Shown here one piece after another: positions 1 through 12,348 of a stretch of 64,000 nt of DNA. Both the position numbers and the translations under genes were made by a program. Origin of the DNA: Camelus ferus (Eukaryota); NCBI RefSeq assembly GCF_009834535.1, contig NC_045723.1, positions 310,001 to 374,000 of the forward strand, read 5' to 3'. Each line of letters begins with the position of its first letter. The stretch's first letter is position 1. The notes below the pieces were generated by a model that was not told the origin of the DNA, did no database searches, and worked only from the letters and a program-made list of their open reading frames with translations.

Positions 1-554
1 ACTTTGGAGCCTGACAGAGGGAATGTGAATCCAGCTGGATGGTTTGGTGCCAGCAGGCAGGTTATTTGGCTTCTGTGAGACTCAGTCTGCTTGTCTGCCA
101 AGTGGCCACAGCCTGGCAGGCATCACAGGAGGGTAGGTGGCACGTGGGATGTAAAGAGGTCAGCGCCGTGCTGGCACAGAGACAGCCCCCCACAAGTGGT
201 CACTCTCGTCAGCATCTCAGGGAGGTAAGTAAGTTACTCAAGAACACACATCCAGCAAACCTGAGTGAGAAATCAGAGCTTCCACTGTCTGCATTCTGCC
301 TAACTCCTGCTAAAGGTCCAGCACACAGGTGGAGAACATTCTGGTATCACGGTCAACAGCCAGAAAGGTGTTCAGCTTTACCTGAAGGGATCAATAAACC
401 TGTGTGCCTACATCTATATTGTAGAAGTGTGTTGAACATGCAAACACACAATCACAAACACACGCACATGTTCAAGGGCTGTTGTGGAGTTCTAAAGCTT
501 TCATTCAGACTGACGTCTTAGAGGAAGAGTCTGCCGGCACACAGAGCAGCAGAC

Positions 555-668
555 TGAGGCTGGACTCCTGTCTCCACTTCACCAGTAACTTGCTAGGTGA
601 TCTGAGGTAAGCCACCAGGCCGTTTACCCAATCTGGGTCACAGTTTCTTCATCTCAAAAATAAAAGGT
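555..668 (+). mobile_element. MIR SINE fragment
   Basis: MIR core-like text: aacttgctaggtgatctgaggtaag...cacagtttcttcatctcaaaaataaaagg. Confidence 0.6.
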
Positions 669-1099
669 GGGGTTGCCCAGAGGTCCCAGGTCCCTCCCAG
701 GTGTGAAACCCCAGGGTCTGAGTCAGTCTGGGTTTGAGTTGAGACTTCAGTCCTGGGCACAGGTTCGAGTTCTAAAGCACCAAGTCAGGGGCTGAATCAG
801 ATAACCACTGCAGCAGGTCAACTCACAAACTGAACGTCCCAGAGCCAGCCAGGGGTAGGGCCAGGACTCAAGACTCCTGAGCCCCCCCTGGGTACTGGAG
901 TTTCAGCCTGTGGGGCTACTCCCCGGGTAATGGTATGTCCCATCCCACACGGTCTTCTGTTACATGACCATGCCACTCTACCATCAAAAGTGAGAGTCCA
1001 ACTTGTCAAGGAGTCAGGCCAACCTGTGGCTTGAATCTTATCAGCAGAATGATGCTGGGTGAACACTGAGGCCAAGTCAGAGCAGCTACGCAGCTGCCA

Positions 1100-1470
1100 T
1101 CTGGCTTCCTTGAGACACTTGCTCTGGGAGAAGCCAGCCATCATGTTAACTGTCCCACTGCCCCGAGATCCCCTTGGAGGGAGGCCACAGGTATGGGGTC
1201 AGTTGACTGTCCCAGCTGTGCCCAACTTCACAGGACTCCCCTCAAAGGCACCAGCCGAGTGAGTAAAGCATGTTAGACACCCCAGACCAGTCCACTCGCC
1301 AGCTGAGTACCACTGATTGAACCCAGTCCAACCACATGGAGCAGAAGAACCACCTAGCTGAGCCCTTCTCAAATCCACGACTTAATGGAACATGTGAGTT
1401 ACAATGAAGTGTTTGTCTAAAGCCATTCAGTTCTGGGGTGGCTTGCTGTGTAGCGCGATGTGACCAGCAT
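1100..1470 (+). mobile_element. MLT1 (MaLR) LTR, old subfamily, 3' part
   Basis: Typical MLT1 end: agcagaagaaccacctagctgagccc...aagccattcagttctggggtggcttgctgtgtagc. Confidence 0.65.
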
Positions 1471-1627
1471 GTTCAGTCAAAAGCAGAGCAGAGCTGGCAC
1501 ATCGGGAGGCAGGAGAGGGCTGATGGAGGAAAACACGGCCACAAAGAAGCAGCAGCCAATTGCCCATAACAGAGGAGACAAGAAAACTACTAAGACAAAA
1601 TAAATAAATGAAAGCAGACATTGTAAA

Positions 1628-1765
1628 AAGAGAAGGCGTAACTCATGGGTAGCGCGCATGCCTACCACACACGAGGTCCTGGGTTTAATCTCCAGTACCT
1701 CCATCAAAAAAATAAACAAGCAAGTAAACCTGGAAAATAAATAAATAAAAATTAACTTTAAAAAA
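1628..1765 (+). mobile_element. Camelid tRNA-Ala-derived SINE (diverged copy)
   Basis: Degenerate A box, gaggtcctgggtttaatctccagtacctccat B-box region, and an A-rich tail. Confidence 0.75.
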
Positions 1766-4117
1766 GAAAGAAACACTATAAGAAAGATGCAAGGAACCAA
1801 AGAGTACAGCAATCAGAGGCCTTTAAGAGCAGGCACAGGCGGTCCCTTCCGCCTCGCTGTGCCCTGCCAATGGTACCCATGTGTTACAGCACAGAACAGT
1901 TGGCGCCCATAATGACTTCCCCGAATCATGACGAACCATTTAAGTTTCGCTCAGGACCCTCTTTCTCAAGGTTGGGACTGTGCCTAACATACCTGATAAG
2001 AATGATATGCTAATTGCCTTCCAAAGCATTTACTTCTCCTTCCCTCTGATTCTTCAGCCACCATGGCCCCAAGAAAGGGGAAGAGCCAAATCCTCCTCGG
2101 AAAGGAGGGAAGGAAGTGGACATGACGTAGGGGATGTCCACGCAGGGAGAGCAGATTCTGCCCCTGCTTCCAGGTTCAGAACCTGAGTGCAAAGGGACAA
2201 AGGGTAGAAGAGAGGGGAAGCTGAAAGCTGAGGGGCCCAGAGGAATCCCACCGTGGTCGAGAAAGGAGCCCCTCCCAAGATGCAGGTGCTCCGGAAGGAT
2301 GGAGCTGATGGCGTGGCGTGTTTCGGTAGAGGGGTCCGGGGGTAGATAACTCCTTAACCGCTGGTCAACAGCCACTTACTCAGGCCCTGAGCTCTCCACC
2401 CTCCGCCTTTCCTGGTGATCCCCTGAGAGCCTCACGGTCCAGCAACGCAGTACAGCGCCTGTTCTGACGGGTGCTAATGACCTGCTGTTTGGTAAATATT
2501 TTGAGTATCACCTGCACAGGTGGCCAGTCCCAGTTAGGGGAGGAATGAGGCCATGGCCAAAATGCAGAGGACCATGGAGCCAGCGAGGGGCGCTGACTGC
2601 CCTGAAAGACCAGACCCCGGGCTTCCGAGCCACCGGACTTTGTCAGCAATAGATATAGCAGGACCCTCCGGGACCAGCCAGGTCCAGGGACATCTCCATG
2701 GAAGCCAGTGCAGACCCCACAGGCCAGCAGGTGCTGACCAGCCCCCCCATCACGCTCGGGGCACACAGCTTCCCCTGCTCTCAGACCCTGTCCTGGCTGG
2801 CTGGTGAGGTCAGAATCTACTCTAAAACACTGATCATCTACCCAAAAGAGACTGAATAAACCCAAGAGAGACAGAGTAGGCCAGCCTAGACAGGGACATG
2901 TCTGAGCAGGTTAAATTCGTCTTTGCTAATAAAAAGGAGTTTCCTTTTTATTAGCCAAATGAGATTCTTATTAGAAAAGCTATTGAAGGCACATTTTTGT
3001 GACATTGATTTGCAGCGAGTTTTCACCACAACACATATGTTTTAGAGATATTTCCTTCCAAAACTGTTCAGTTGTCAGAATTGATGAAACTTCCCTTTTA
3101 TGCCTTGAAAGATCATCTTCCACCCTCGGGAAAATGTGCCCACCTAGGATGGCTTGTCCTCTGAGGGTCACAGTGGGCGGCAGCTGTCCCCAGCCCTGGG
3201 TCCAGCATGGCCATGACCACAGATAAAAGTCAAGCCCAAAATACTAGCCACAATAGAAAACCCAAGTGATTTTTATCTAGACGGTGTGGGGAAATCCTTT
3301 GGCACACGAAACCCCAGTCATCAGCCTGAAGACAGCCCAGACTGACTGGATTTTCCACGGACCCAGAAAGTCCCACCAAGAAACCCTCCACTCTCCTCTA
3401 GGACTGGGGGGAGCGTTCCCCGCACACAGGGCTCCCCCTGGCTTCTCCCAGCTGGTTCCCTGGCCTGAGGACAGCTCCCTGAAGCTGGGCGATCTGCAAT
3501 CCCGCCTCCTCCCCCTCCTGCCGCTCCAACAGCCTCACCAACAACACTGTGTGGCAGACTGACTCGAGCTGCCAGCATCTGGAGCTGGGCTACTTTGGGG
3601 CGTACAAAGGATTTCACTTCTCTGCATCCTGGAAATTAGACATGGCCACGTGACTGGTGAAAGCAGGAAGGAAGCAGGAAGGATGTGGGTCACCTCCAGG
3701 CATTTCGTTTCTGGTGCCCCACCCCCCAGCCCTCTCTTCTCCTGCCACCATGAACCCTGAGCCCTTGTTGAGGGATGGTGGCCACATGGACAGTCAGGTC
3801 CCCCTGATGGGAGGCTGAGGTCTACCAGCATCCATGGGTCCACGCCCTTGTTCCTGAACGTCTGTTTCTCCTTCTGTTAAATCGGAGGAACACCAATTTC
3901 CCACCCCAGCACTTGAGTCAAAACAATCTGAGGCCAACAGGTTGTCTCCAAAACTTCCCTTTTGAAAATGGCCCCACGTGGCTGTGAGGGGCCATCACCT
4001 GTCAGGGTGACATGGCACCAGCCAGAAACAAATGGGTGCTGGCTTAAGCTATGTTTTAGGTTCTGGACGCAGTGTGGCCTGGACGGAACACACAGCAAAG
4101 GGAAGCGTTAGCACACT

Positions 4118-4741
4118 GTATTCGTTTTCTGTTGCCGTGGAGCCAACAACCTCAAACTCAGGGACCTGAAACCACTCCCCGAGGCTAGTTCACGTCACTG
4201 TGGGTGGGATGTTGGCCTCAGCTTGGGTGGACTCTGCTGAGGGTCTCACAGGGAGAGAGCAAAGCTTGGGGTCCTGCCCCAAGTGCACGTGGCTGTCGGT
4301 AAAATTTGACTCCTAGGGTTGTACAGCTGAGGGCTCCACCTTCTTGCTGGCTGTCAGCCAAGGCCGCTCTAAGCAATCAGAGGCCACCACTGGTTTTGGC
4401 CCCATAACTCGCTCCACAATAAGACAATTTGTTTCCTCAGGGCCAATGGAACATCTCAGTGCTACTTCATATGACCTCTTGACTCTGCCTCCAGACCTTC
4501 TTTTAAAGAGCCCACCTGTTTAAGCCAGGCACACTCCAGATGGCCTTCCTTTTAACTTTAGGTCAGTTAACCGTGGACCTAAAATACATCTGAAAACTTC
4601 CCTCCCCTTTGCCATATAAGGTAACCTAATCGTGGGAATGCCAACCCAGCACGTTCAGGCATCCCGCCCACCCTCATTCAAGGGGAGGGGGTCATATAAG
4701 GCATGGTCCGTGGGGGTCATCTGAAAATTCTGCCAACCACA
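4118..4741 (-). mobile_element. MLT1 (E/F-like) solo LTR
   Basis: Begins tattcgttttctgttgccgtg. Contains gctgagggctccaccttcttgctggctgtcagcca. Ends aattctgccaaccaca. Confidence 0.7.
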
Positions 4742-4864
4742 GACAGTTAAGAACATATTCTGATGAATATTAGCTCTAGAAAATTTTGGACACATCCAAA
4801 GCTATCCATCAAATTCTTCTTTGCTCCCAAATAAAATAACCTTGTCCCGAATATTGTAAAGACT

Positions 4865-5010
4865 TCCTACTCAAAGTGTGGTCCATGAACCAGCAGCATG
4901 GACATCATCACTTGTGAGAAATGCAAAATCTCAGGCCCCACCCCAGACATAGGGAATCAGAATGATCTGCATTTTACCGGGACCCCCAGTGATTTGAGAA
5001 TCATTGATCT
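4865..5010. mobile_element. MER5 (hAT-Charlie) non-autonomous element
   Basis: ctcaaagtgtggtcc...gaaatgcaaaatctcaggccccaccccaga...tttgagaatcattg. Confidence 0.7.
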
Positions 5011-5145
5011 TTAGGACTGGCTCATCCTTAAGTAAAGTAGGCAGATACTCGGATTGAGAGCAAAGACAAATTAAATCCCTGTGCCTGATCACCCCAGCCC
5101 TCTCAGAGTGGTTTCTGAAATTTTGACGTCAGAAACTCGTAATCT

Positions 5146-5460
5146 GATGATAATGACAATGATGATGATGATGATGATGATGATATTGAGGATGGTGTGG
5201 TGATGATGGTGATGTTGAAGATGATGATAAGGATACTGAGGATGGTGATGATGGGGATACTGAGGATTGTGATGATGGGATTACTGAAGATGGTGATGAA
5301 GAGGATATTGAGGATGGTGATGATGGGGATACTGAGGATGGTGATGATGTTGATACTGAGGATGGGGATATTGAGGATGGTGATGAGGAGGATATTAAGG
5401 GTGGTGATGATGGGGATGCTGAGGATGGTGATGATGTTGATACTGAGGATGGTGATGACA
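5146..5460 (+). repeat. (GAT)n microsatellite grading into a 24-bp minisatellite (GATACTGAGGATGGTGATGATGGG)n
   Basis: Pure (gat)n at ~5160-5184, then ~10 degenerate 24-bp units and shortened variants. Confidence 0.9.
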
Positions 5461-5665
5461 GCTAACACTGAACACCCACCATGTGCCAGGCACTGGGCAA
5501 AGCCTTGACATGCACAATTTCTTTTAATTTTCCCAGTACTGTATAAATGAGATAGTATTATTTTCATTTTAGAGATGGAGACATTGAGGCTTATAGATGT
5601 TAAATAACTCCTTTAAGGAAATACAAGTGGGGCCAAGTGGTGGGGCCAAGATTCGGCCCTCATCC
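5455..5665 (-). mobile_element. MIR SINE
   Basis: gctaacactgaacacccaccatgtgccaggcactggg...ttattttcattttagagatggagacattgaggct. Confidence 0.75.
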
Positions 5666-6273
5666 TTTTTACTTAGGGGTGACATGATCAGATTGTCACA
5701 AGTTGTCAAAGCTAGTCTGGGAATCACAAACTGGGGGTCACAGGCCAGTTCAACTTGTGGGTATGCATTTTTCAGCCAAGGTAGTGGTGTCATTTTTCAC
5801 TGAATGTCTTTCCTGAGGGACAAACTCATCCCAGTGGGTCCCAGTCCCTGTCACGCACAGCCTCACAGATTTGACTTACTGCCTGGCCCCTGACTACACT
5901 GAGGCTAGCAATCCCCAGTTAAGACCAAGTATTCTTAAATTTCCTCTTTACAGTGCCTGGAAATTTTGAGTGTTATGAATAGTTTCCAGAGATTCTTTAA
6001 AATAGCAAAGAGCCCTCGATCTCCCATCCATCCCTTTCACCTGATGAATGAAACTAACGTCCAGAAACAAAGTTATGTGTTTAAGCCACAAAGCAAGATA
6101 ATATCCAGGTTTTCAATTGGGCTCTTCCGGCCCATAATCCAATGCCACAACCACTGACCTCCTTGGGTTTAGAAATCATTTATCCTCAATGTGAAACAGG
6201 TTCTTAACTAAAGTATGCTCCAGAAACATTTAGGTGGAATTTAATACAGATTCTCAGATGTCTCTCCTGTTCG

Positions 6274-7091
6274 TGTTACTGGTGAGTCACATGCTTGTTT
6301 ACCTGATGAGGATTATCAGATAAGGGACAGGTTCAGAATACAGGCTCGGCAGGGAGAAGTCCCTGGAGAGCTGATAAAGGTGGGACAGTGAGGCGCACGA
6401 GAGACAGAAAGCAGTGGGTGCAGTGGAACTCAGCCTTGCTGTACAACAGAACTGCCTGGGAAGATTTAAAACCTGCTGATGCCTGTTGGAGCAGGCAGAC
6501 AGCTAGATATGAGCAGAGAAATGGGGGCACGGGCCAAGGGGCAGGAAACCACACATCATGTGAACAATGGAGGTCCTTGGGCAGACAGAGAAAAGCAGGA
6601 ACCTCTGGACTGATGAGAGATCACACATTTGGGGGTGACAAGCATCCTGGAGGCCGATAAAGAAAGGTGGGGAAAGGCAGGAATCTCTGGCATCCCTGTG
6701 TAACCATTTGCTCATTATGCCCTTATTACAATAAAATTAGCCTTGCAGATCAGAGGTACCCATCATGCACCGAGGCCATGACACTTCTGATCCAGAATAA
6801 ATAAGAACAAAAATCTCTCCTCCTCTAGCGAAGGTGGAGCTGGGATGAAAATCAGGGAACATGACCCCAAACCCTTCCCTCCCCAATGAATATTCCGCCC
6901 ATCCACTTTTACACCCTGTGTAATCAACTTGCGCAAGAAACTCAGGGCAGCTGCTCACCTGAGCCTACCTGCTCTCCTCTTGAGAGCGTCCTGTCCACCT
7001 CTTAATAAACCCCCACTCTACTTTCTTGACCTCCGTGTCTCATCTCTGAATTCTTTCTGTGACGAGAAAAGAACCTACACCTGGACCCCAA
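6274..7091 (+). mobile_element. ERV1-like solo LTR, apparently inserted into a MER5 element
   Basis: 3' part has cagggcagctgctcacctgagcc...gagagcgtcc...AATAAA...tgaattctttctgtgacgag...ggacccca. MER5-like halves flank it (~6196-6262 and ~7095-7180). Confidence 0.6.
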
Positions 7092-10000
7092 CCCCCGAAG
7101 TTCCTGATATAATTGGTCCCGGGTATGGAGGTTTTTTAAGCTCTCCGGGTGGTTCTCCAGCTCAGCCAGGGCTGAGAATCTCCTGGAGAGGGGATTCTGA
7201 GATGCCAGGGGGTCGACACCAGCACTGCTTTCCTCGTGACTCCCCTGGGCTTGGCCCGTCAACTGACTACCGAAGCGCCCACATTCCTTTCGTCTTTTCC
7301 CTGCCCTCTTCCTTTCTCCTTTAAGTAAGACACCTTCGTGGGTGGAGAACAAAAATGATAGGAAACCGAGGTCTCGTTTCAGACACTGATGTGTTCACTT
7401 GTTCCCGCTGATCTGCCTCTGGCCGTGAAGCCTTCTCTTATCTCCTAAGGATGTGGTTCTCAGCATCAGCATCACCCAGGGAACTCTCTGGATCACCCGG
7501 GTCTACACTGTGTATCGTGCTGCTCCGGCCGTGTGGTCACGAGAGGCCGACTCTGCTGTCCTGGGGAAGGGAGGAGGGACGGGGTCTGTGTATCCTGATC
7601 ACTCAGGTGTTGGTTGTCAAACAGCTGGGCTTTGAGGGGCGCAGTGGGAGTGGGACTGTTGGGAGGAAGGCCTGCTGGCAGGTGTGGAGAGGAGGGGACC
7701 CAGGCCAGCTGAGAACAAATAGGGCGGGGACCATCCCCACAGCCCCCGTGAGGCCAACCAAGCTCCCTTCTTGCCTGTTAGGATGATCAAGAGGCTAAAA
7801 AGTGGAGCATGCAGTTAGAATGGACAGGACTGAAATGAGATTTGACGGAAGGTACCCCTTCTATCATGCATGTGGGAGCCCCCCCACCCCACCCCAAGCT
7901 GGTGCGGAGGGACCCCTGGCCCCTTGGGAGGGCGGAGCTCAGGGAAGGGTGAGCTGGCGGAGCAGGATGGGTGGCCAGGAGGGACCACCCGGCACCCCCG
8001 CCACTGACACTGAGCTGCCGGGGGGACTGGGGGGTCAGGTCCCTCAACGGCTCAGTTTACAGGCGAGGAAGCTGCAAGCGGACGAGCCCTGACCAGGATC
8101 ACAGCGAGTCAGAGGCAGAGCTGGGGCCGGGGCTCCCGAGGGAGCTGGGTGCCCGGAAGAGGAAAGCCACCCGAGGGGAGTGGGGTTCCAGCGAGAGGCT
8201 GTCTAACAGAGAGAGCAAACATTTAGGCTGCGCCACCTTTGCCCCCAGGGCGGTGCTAAAGCACTATGTGACATTCTGATTCCCTGACTCCCCCCACCAC
8301 CTGTGATCCTCGCCATCGATTTCGCAATGTACACATGGGGACACGGAGGTGTCCGGAGGCTGGAAAGAAACTGCGTGATTTATTTCATTATAATCAAGGG
8401 TAAAATGATCTTTTTTTAAAGAATCATGCCCAGTTTTAGCATTACTTCCCAGGAATGAAGCAAGGGATAAAGGTAAGTTAACACGTCCTGTTGATTACGG
8501 GTGAGCTGCTGGCCGCCGGGTGGGCGATCTCTGTCCAGTGGTACTCCTCCGCTGGAGTACAGAATTTTGAAAAGATGGTTACCATGAGAACACGTGCATG
8601 ACATCACACAGAAACAGGCACAGTCAGGACATGAACTTGGACCCTTCAGCCTCCAGGACTCACTTAACTTCACTCTGCCTGCCTCTCCTCCAAGACGGCA
8701 GCGCAGGTGGAAGCTTCACCAGCACTAACAGCCCGGACGTTAGGAAAGTTACATGTGCCTCAGAAGAGAAAGCATGCCATCTCAGAGTGCCCCATGTCCT
8801 TCCAAAGAGAAGCCTCTGATCTCAGTGCACATCCCGGAGGTGGAGACAGACCCTCTGACTCGCTCCTTTCCTCTTACTCGATTCCACATCTGCTCTGCCT
8901 GTCACCTCCGATCACAGAAGATTCTTAGACACCCTCTGACTCAGCCCCCTTTTTTGGCAGAGAAACCAAAACCCCAAAATGTCAAAGTCACCTTTACATA
9001 GGCAGAGAAGGTCACAGAGATGAGGAAAGTCCCCTGGAGGAGGCACCTAAGGTCCAGAGACATCAGGAAAGCCTCCTGAGGTTCCTTCCAGAAAAGACGG
9101 CGCCCAGGTGTCCTGACTCCCAGTCCCCTGCTCCCTCCCCTCTTACCTGCAGCTCCGCATCCTTCACCTGGTGCTTCTCCCCTGGGAGGGCTGCCAGGCC
9201 TGTCACCTTCAGTGGAAGCTTAGCAGACGGGCAGGAATTTATATCTTCGTTGTCCAGGGATTTCCCAATCGGTTCTGTGTCACTCCTCCAACTGGCTGGC
9301 TGTGAACACACCTTTTCCCTCCTCGCTGGAGTGCCCTCCGGGCTGCCGTGCTGGGTACGTGATCACTCAGATGGGGAAGTGGCCAAGGAAACTCTGTGTA
9401 AGTTTCCCTATTTTTTGTGACTCGCTGAAACTTACGTACTTCCAGCTGAGAGGTGGTTTTAAAGTGATGTGGCCTTTGCCCGACGCCGTGAAAGAGAAAA
9501 GGAGGTCTTGGGGCTTTACTGGGTGAGAGTTGATGTTTCCCCCACAGAACCCCACTCCCAGTCTTACAGGAATTTTAATTGTCAGTGAAGGAGGGGGCTC
9601 CTTCTCCAAATCTGTATTCCAGTTTGTGGAATGTGGCTAACTCAATCATTCGCACCCTGGAGATGGAAACTCAGTCCTAAGCCATGTCTGTATAAAACGA
9701 ATGTCTCCCAACTGCGCAACAGACCCAAAGGCAACATCGAAATTGCCTCTCCCCCCTCACCAGCAGCCCGGGGAGCCAGAGAGGACAGAGCCCGGAGCAG
9801 GGTGAGCCTGGCCTGCGGGTGCCGTGGGAGATTGCATGGACTTCTGTTGGGGGATGGAGAACACTTCTCCAAATGTGCTGAAAAAAATCCATGTTACTAA
9901 CCCTAATGACATGTTCCATCTGATTTATTCAGAGATTGAGGCTCTTACCAGTGAAAAGGCAGATACAGAAGCTCTTAGAGAAATCAGGAATTTCATCCCC

Positions 10001-10773
10001 AGAGCAAATGACTCATAGTCAAAAGGACCCAATGACCCTGGTTTTATCCCTCTGCTAACAAGGAAGGTAACTCTCAGGGGCCACAACTCAGATGGGTAAA
10101 GAAAATCTGAGAAAGATTCAATGTTGGCGCTAGATGGAAACTTAGAGCTGGTCAAATCCATCCTGCAGTTTAAAGGAGAGCAAACTGACGTCCAGGCGCG
10201 TCAGGGAGGGGGGCACAGGTGCGTTTGCTGGATTAATTTAGTGCGTGTATAGCTTCGTGATGGGGCATGTTTTTATAAAGGCTGGGAATATCTCCAAAAC
10301 AGAGCGTGTTGGGCAAAGCGTAAATGTTACATTGTATCCATGTTTATTCTTTTCCCAGGGGCCAACTGAAGTGGAATATTTGTTTCTGTTCCATAATTTT
10401 GACACAGTAAGATTAAAGAGTGAGCTGCACATTTGGGGTCAAGCCAAGTAAGTTTCAAGGGTGTGAATTCACCCAAAGCAGGTGGATCTCACCAAATACT
10501 ATCATCATCCCAGGATGAGGGGCATGCAAATACTGAGTGGCCCTAAATAGCACAGGGCAGCCCACATTAATAGAGCCAAGGAGAGGAAGTGAAACCACGC
10601 AATCCGCCTTTGGCCACTCTGCAGGGTAACTGCTCATCTTGTGATCCAGCCAGAGGAATTTACATAACCTCACTTTTTTCGATGGGAAAACTGGATCTGA
10701 AAGCCTCAAGCACTGTTTGAATAGTCTTTTCAAAAATGACTCCTCCAAAAGTAAGTCCCCAGACCTGTGGCCA

Positions 10774-11243
10774 CATGGACAGACCTCGTTTTACTCCGAT
10801 TTGTATTATTACGCTTCGCAGCCACTGCATTGATTACGAATTGAAGACGTGGGGCGGTTTTGCTGGGAGCAAGTCTATTGGCGCCATTTTTCCAAGAGCG
10901 TTTGCTCTCTTGGTGTCTGTTTCACATTTCGGTAATTCTCACAGTATGTCAAATCTTTTTATTATTACTATATTTGTGATGATGAACTGTGATCTTTGAC
11001 GTTACCATTGCAAGAAGCTCATGACACACTGAAGACTCAGATGATGGTTAGCGTTTCTTAGCAATAAAGTATTTTTTCAATTAAGGTATGTACATTTTTT
11101 TAGACATAATGCTATTATTGCACACTTAACAGTGTAAGCATGACTTTTTGGAAACAAAAATATTAGTGTGACTCACTTCATTGCTCTATCCGCTTTATCG
11201 CGCTGGTCCAGAACCGAACCTGCAGTAGCCCCAAGGCAATGTT
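10774..11243 (+). mobile_element. Internally deleted Tigger1 (TcMar) derivative with both termini
   Basis: 5' gacctcgtttt...gagcaagtctattggcgccatttttcc... and 3' ...tttatcgcgctggtccagaaccgaacctgcagtagccccaagg match the Tigger1 ends. No transposase ORF. Confidence 0.8.
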
Positions 11244-11940
11244 CCCTGCGTCCCTCCGTCCCCTGCAGGGCCTCCACGGACCTGCTCCCACTATCACCCC
11301 AGCATCAGTTCAATTTCTCCACCAACTGATGGGAAATAAACAAGGCACAGAATGTTCTGTGGTATCTCGAAATCCTCTGAGGTTTGAGGTGAAAGTCACC
11401 CAGGATGTTTATTGCAAGGGTGGAAGCAATGAGTCTTCGTTTTTCAGACCCAGGAGGCCTTTTTCAAACTCTGGTCTGATTCAGACATGAACAGCATCCT
11501 CTGAAAACCCTGTGATGGGTTCCTTCCCTGTGATGTGGAGGAGAGGGTACGGGGAGGTGAGGAAGGTGCTGGAGGTGAGGACAGGGTGCATCAACGCAGG
11601 CTACTTGTCCCTGGTTTCACGGGACAGCCTGCCAGGTTATCCCCAGAAATTCACCCCTTCTTATCAGATCAGAGTTCTTCCATTTTGATTCAAGAAAATA
11701 TGGTTATAGAACCTAGAGGATCAATTTAGCAATCAGACCCCATGACACTGAAAATGCTAAGCCTGCTCCAGGCATCGGGACCAGAACAGGAAAAACTCTG
11801 CCTGATGCATAGAGTCAGGAAGAAAGCCATTCCCTTCCCAGAAATTACTTACAAACGAACACTCTAGAGAGGGAAACAGCTGTGCAAGTGGGCTCCGGTC
11901 TCCTCCTCTGTGACAAGAGGGCGCTGAGGTCGGTGAGCTC

Positions 11941-12348
11941 TGTATCTGTGTTGCCTTTTGCTGCTGTAACAAGTTACCACCAGCAGTGACCTAAAACACC
12001 ACCACTGCGCTCCTTGTGAAGGCTCCCGGGGAAAATCCTTTTCTCAACTTTTCCACCTCCTACAGGCTGTCCTCATCCCTGGCCCGCGGCCCCCGGCACA
12101 CTGCCCCTTTCTCCCCTGCTCCCATCAGCACGTGGCTTTTCCCCTTTAACCCTCTTGCCTCCCCGGATGAGGACTCCCGTGACTCTATCTGGGGCCCACC
12201 TGAATAATCCATGATAATCTCCCCACCTGAAAATCCACAGCTTAATCACAGCCTGCAAACTCCCTTTCGCCATCTAAGGTACCAGGATCACGGCTTCCAG
12301 GGATCAGGACATTGGCATGTTTAGGGGACCATGACTCAGCCTCCCATA
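11941..12348 (-). mobile_element. MLT1 (B-D-like) solo LTR
   Basis: tgtatctgtgttgccttttgctgctgtaacaagttaccac...gataatctcccc...cttaatcaca...cagggatcaggacat. Confidence 0.75.

Noticed and set aside
5103-5567. 154-aa Ile-rich and 103-aa Met-rich ORFs
   Set aside because: By-products of the 3/24-bp periodic repeat and the MIR; no gene context.
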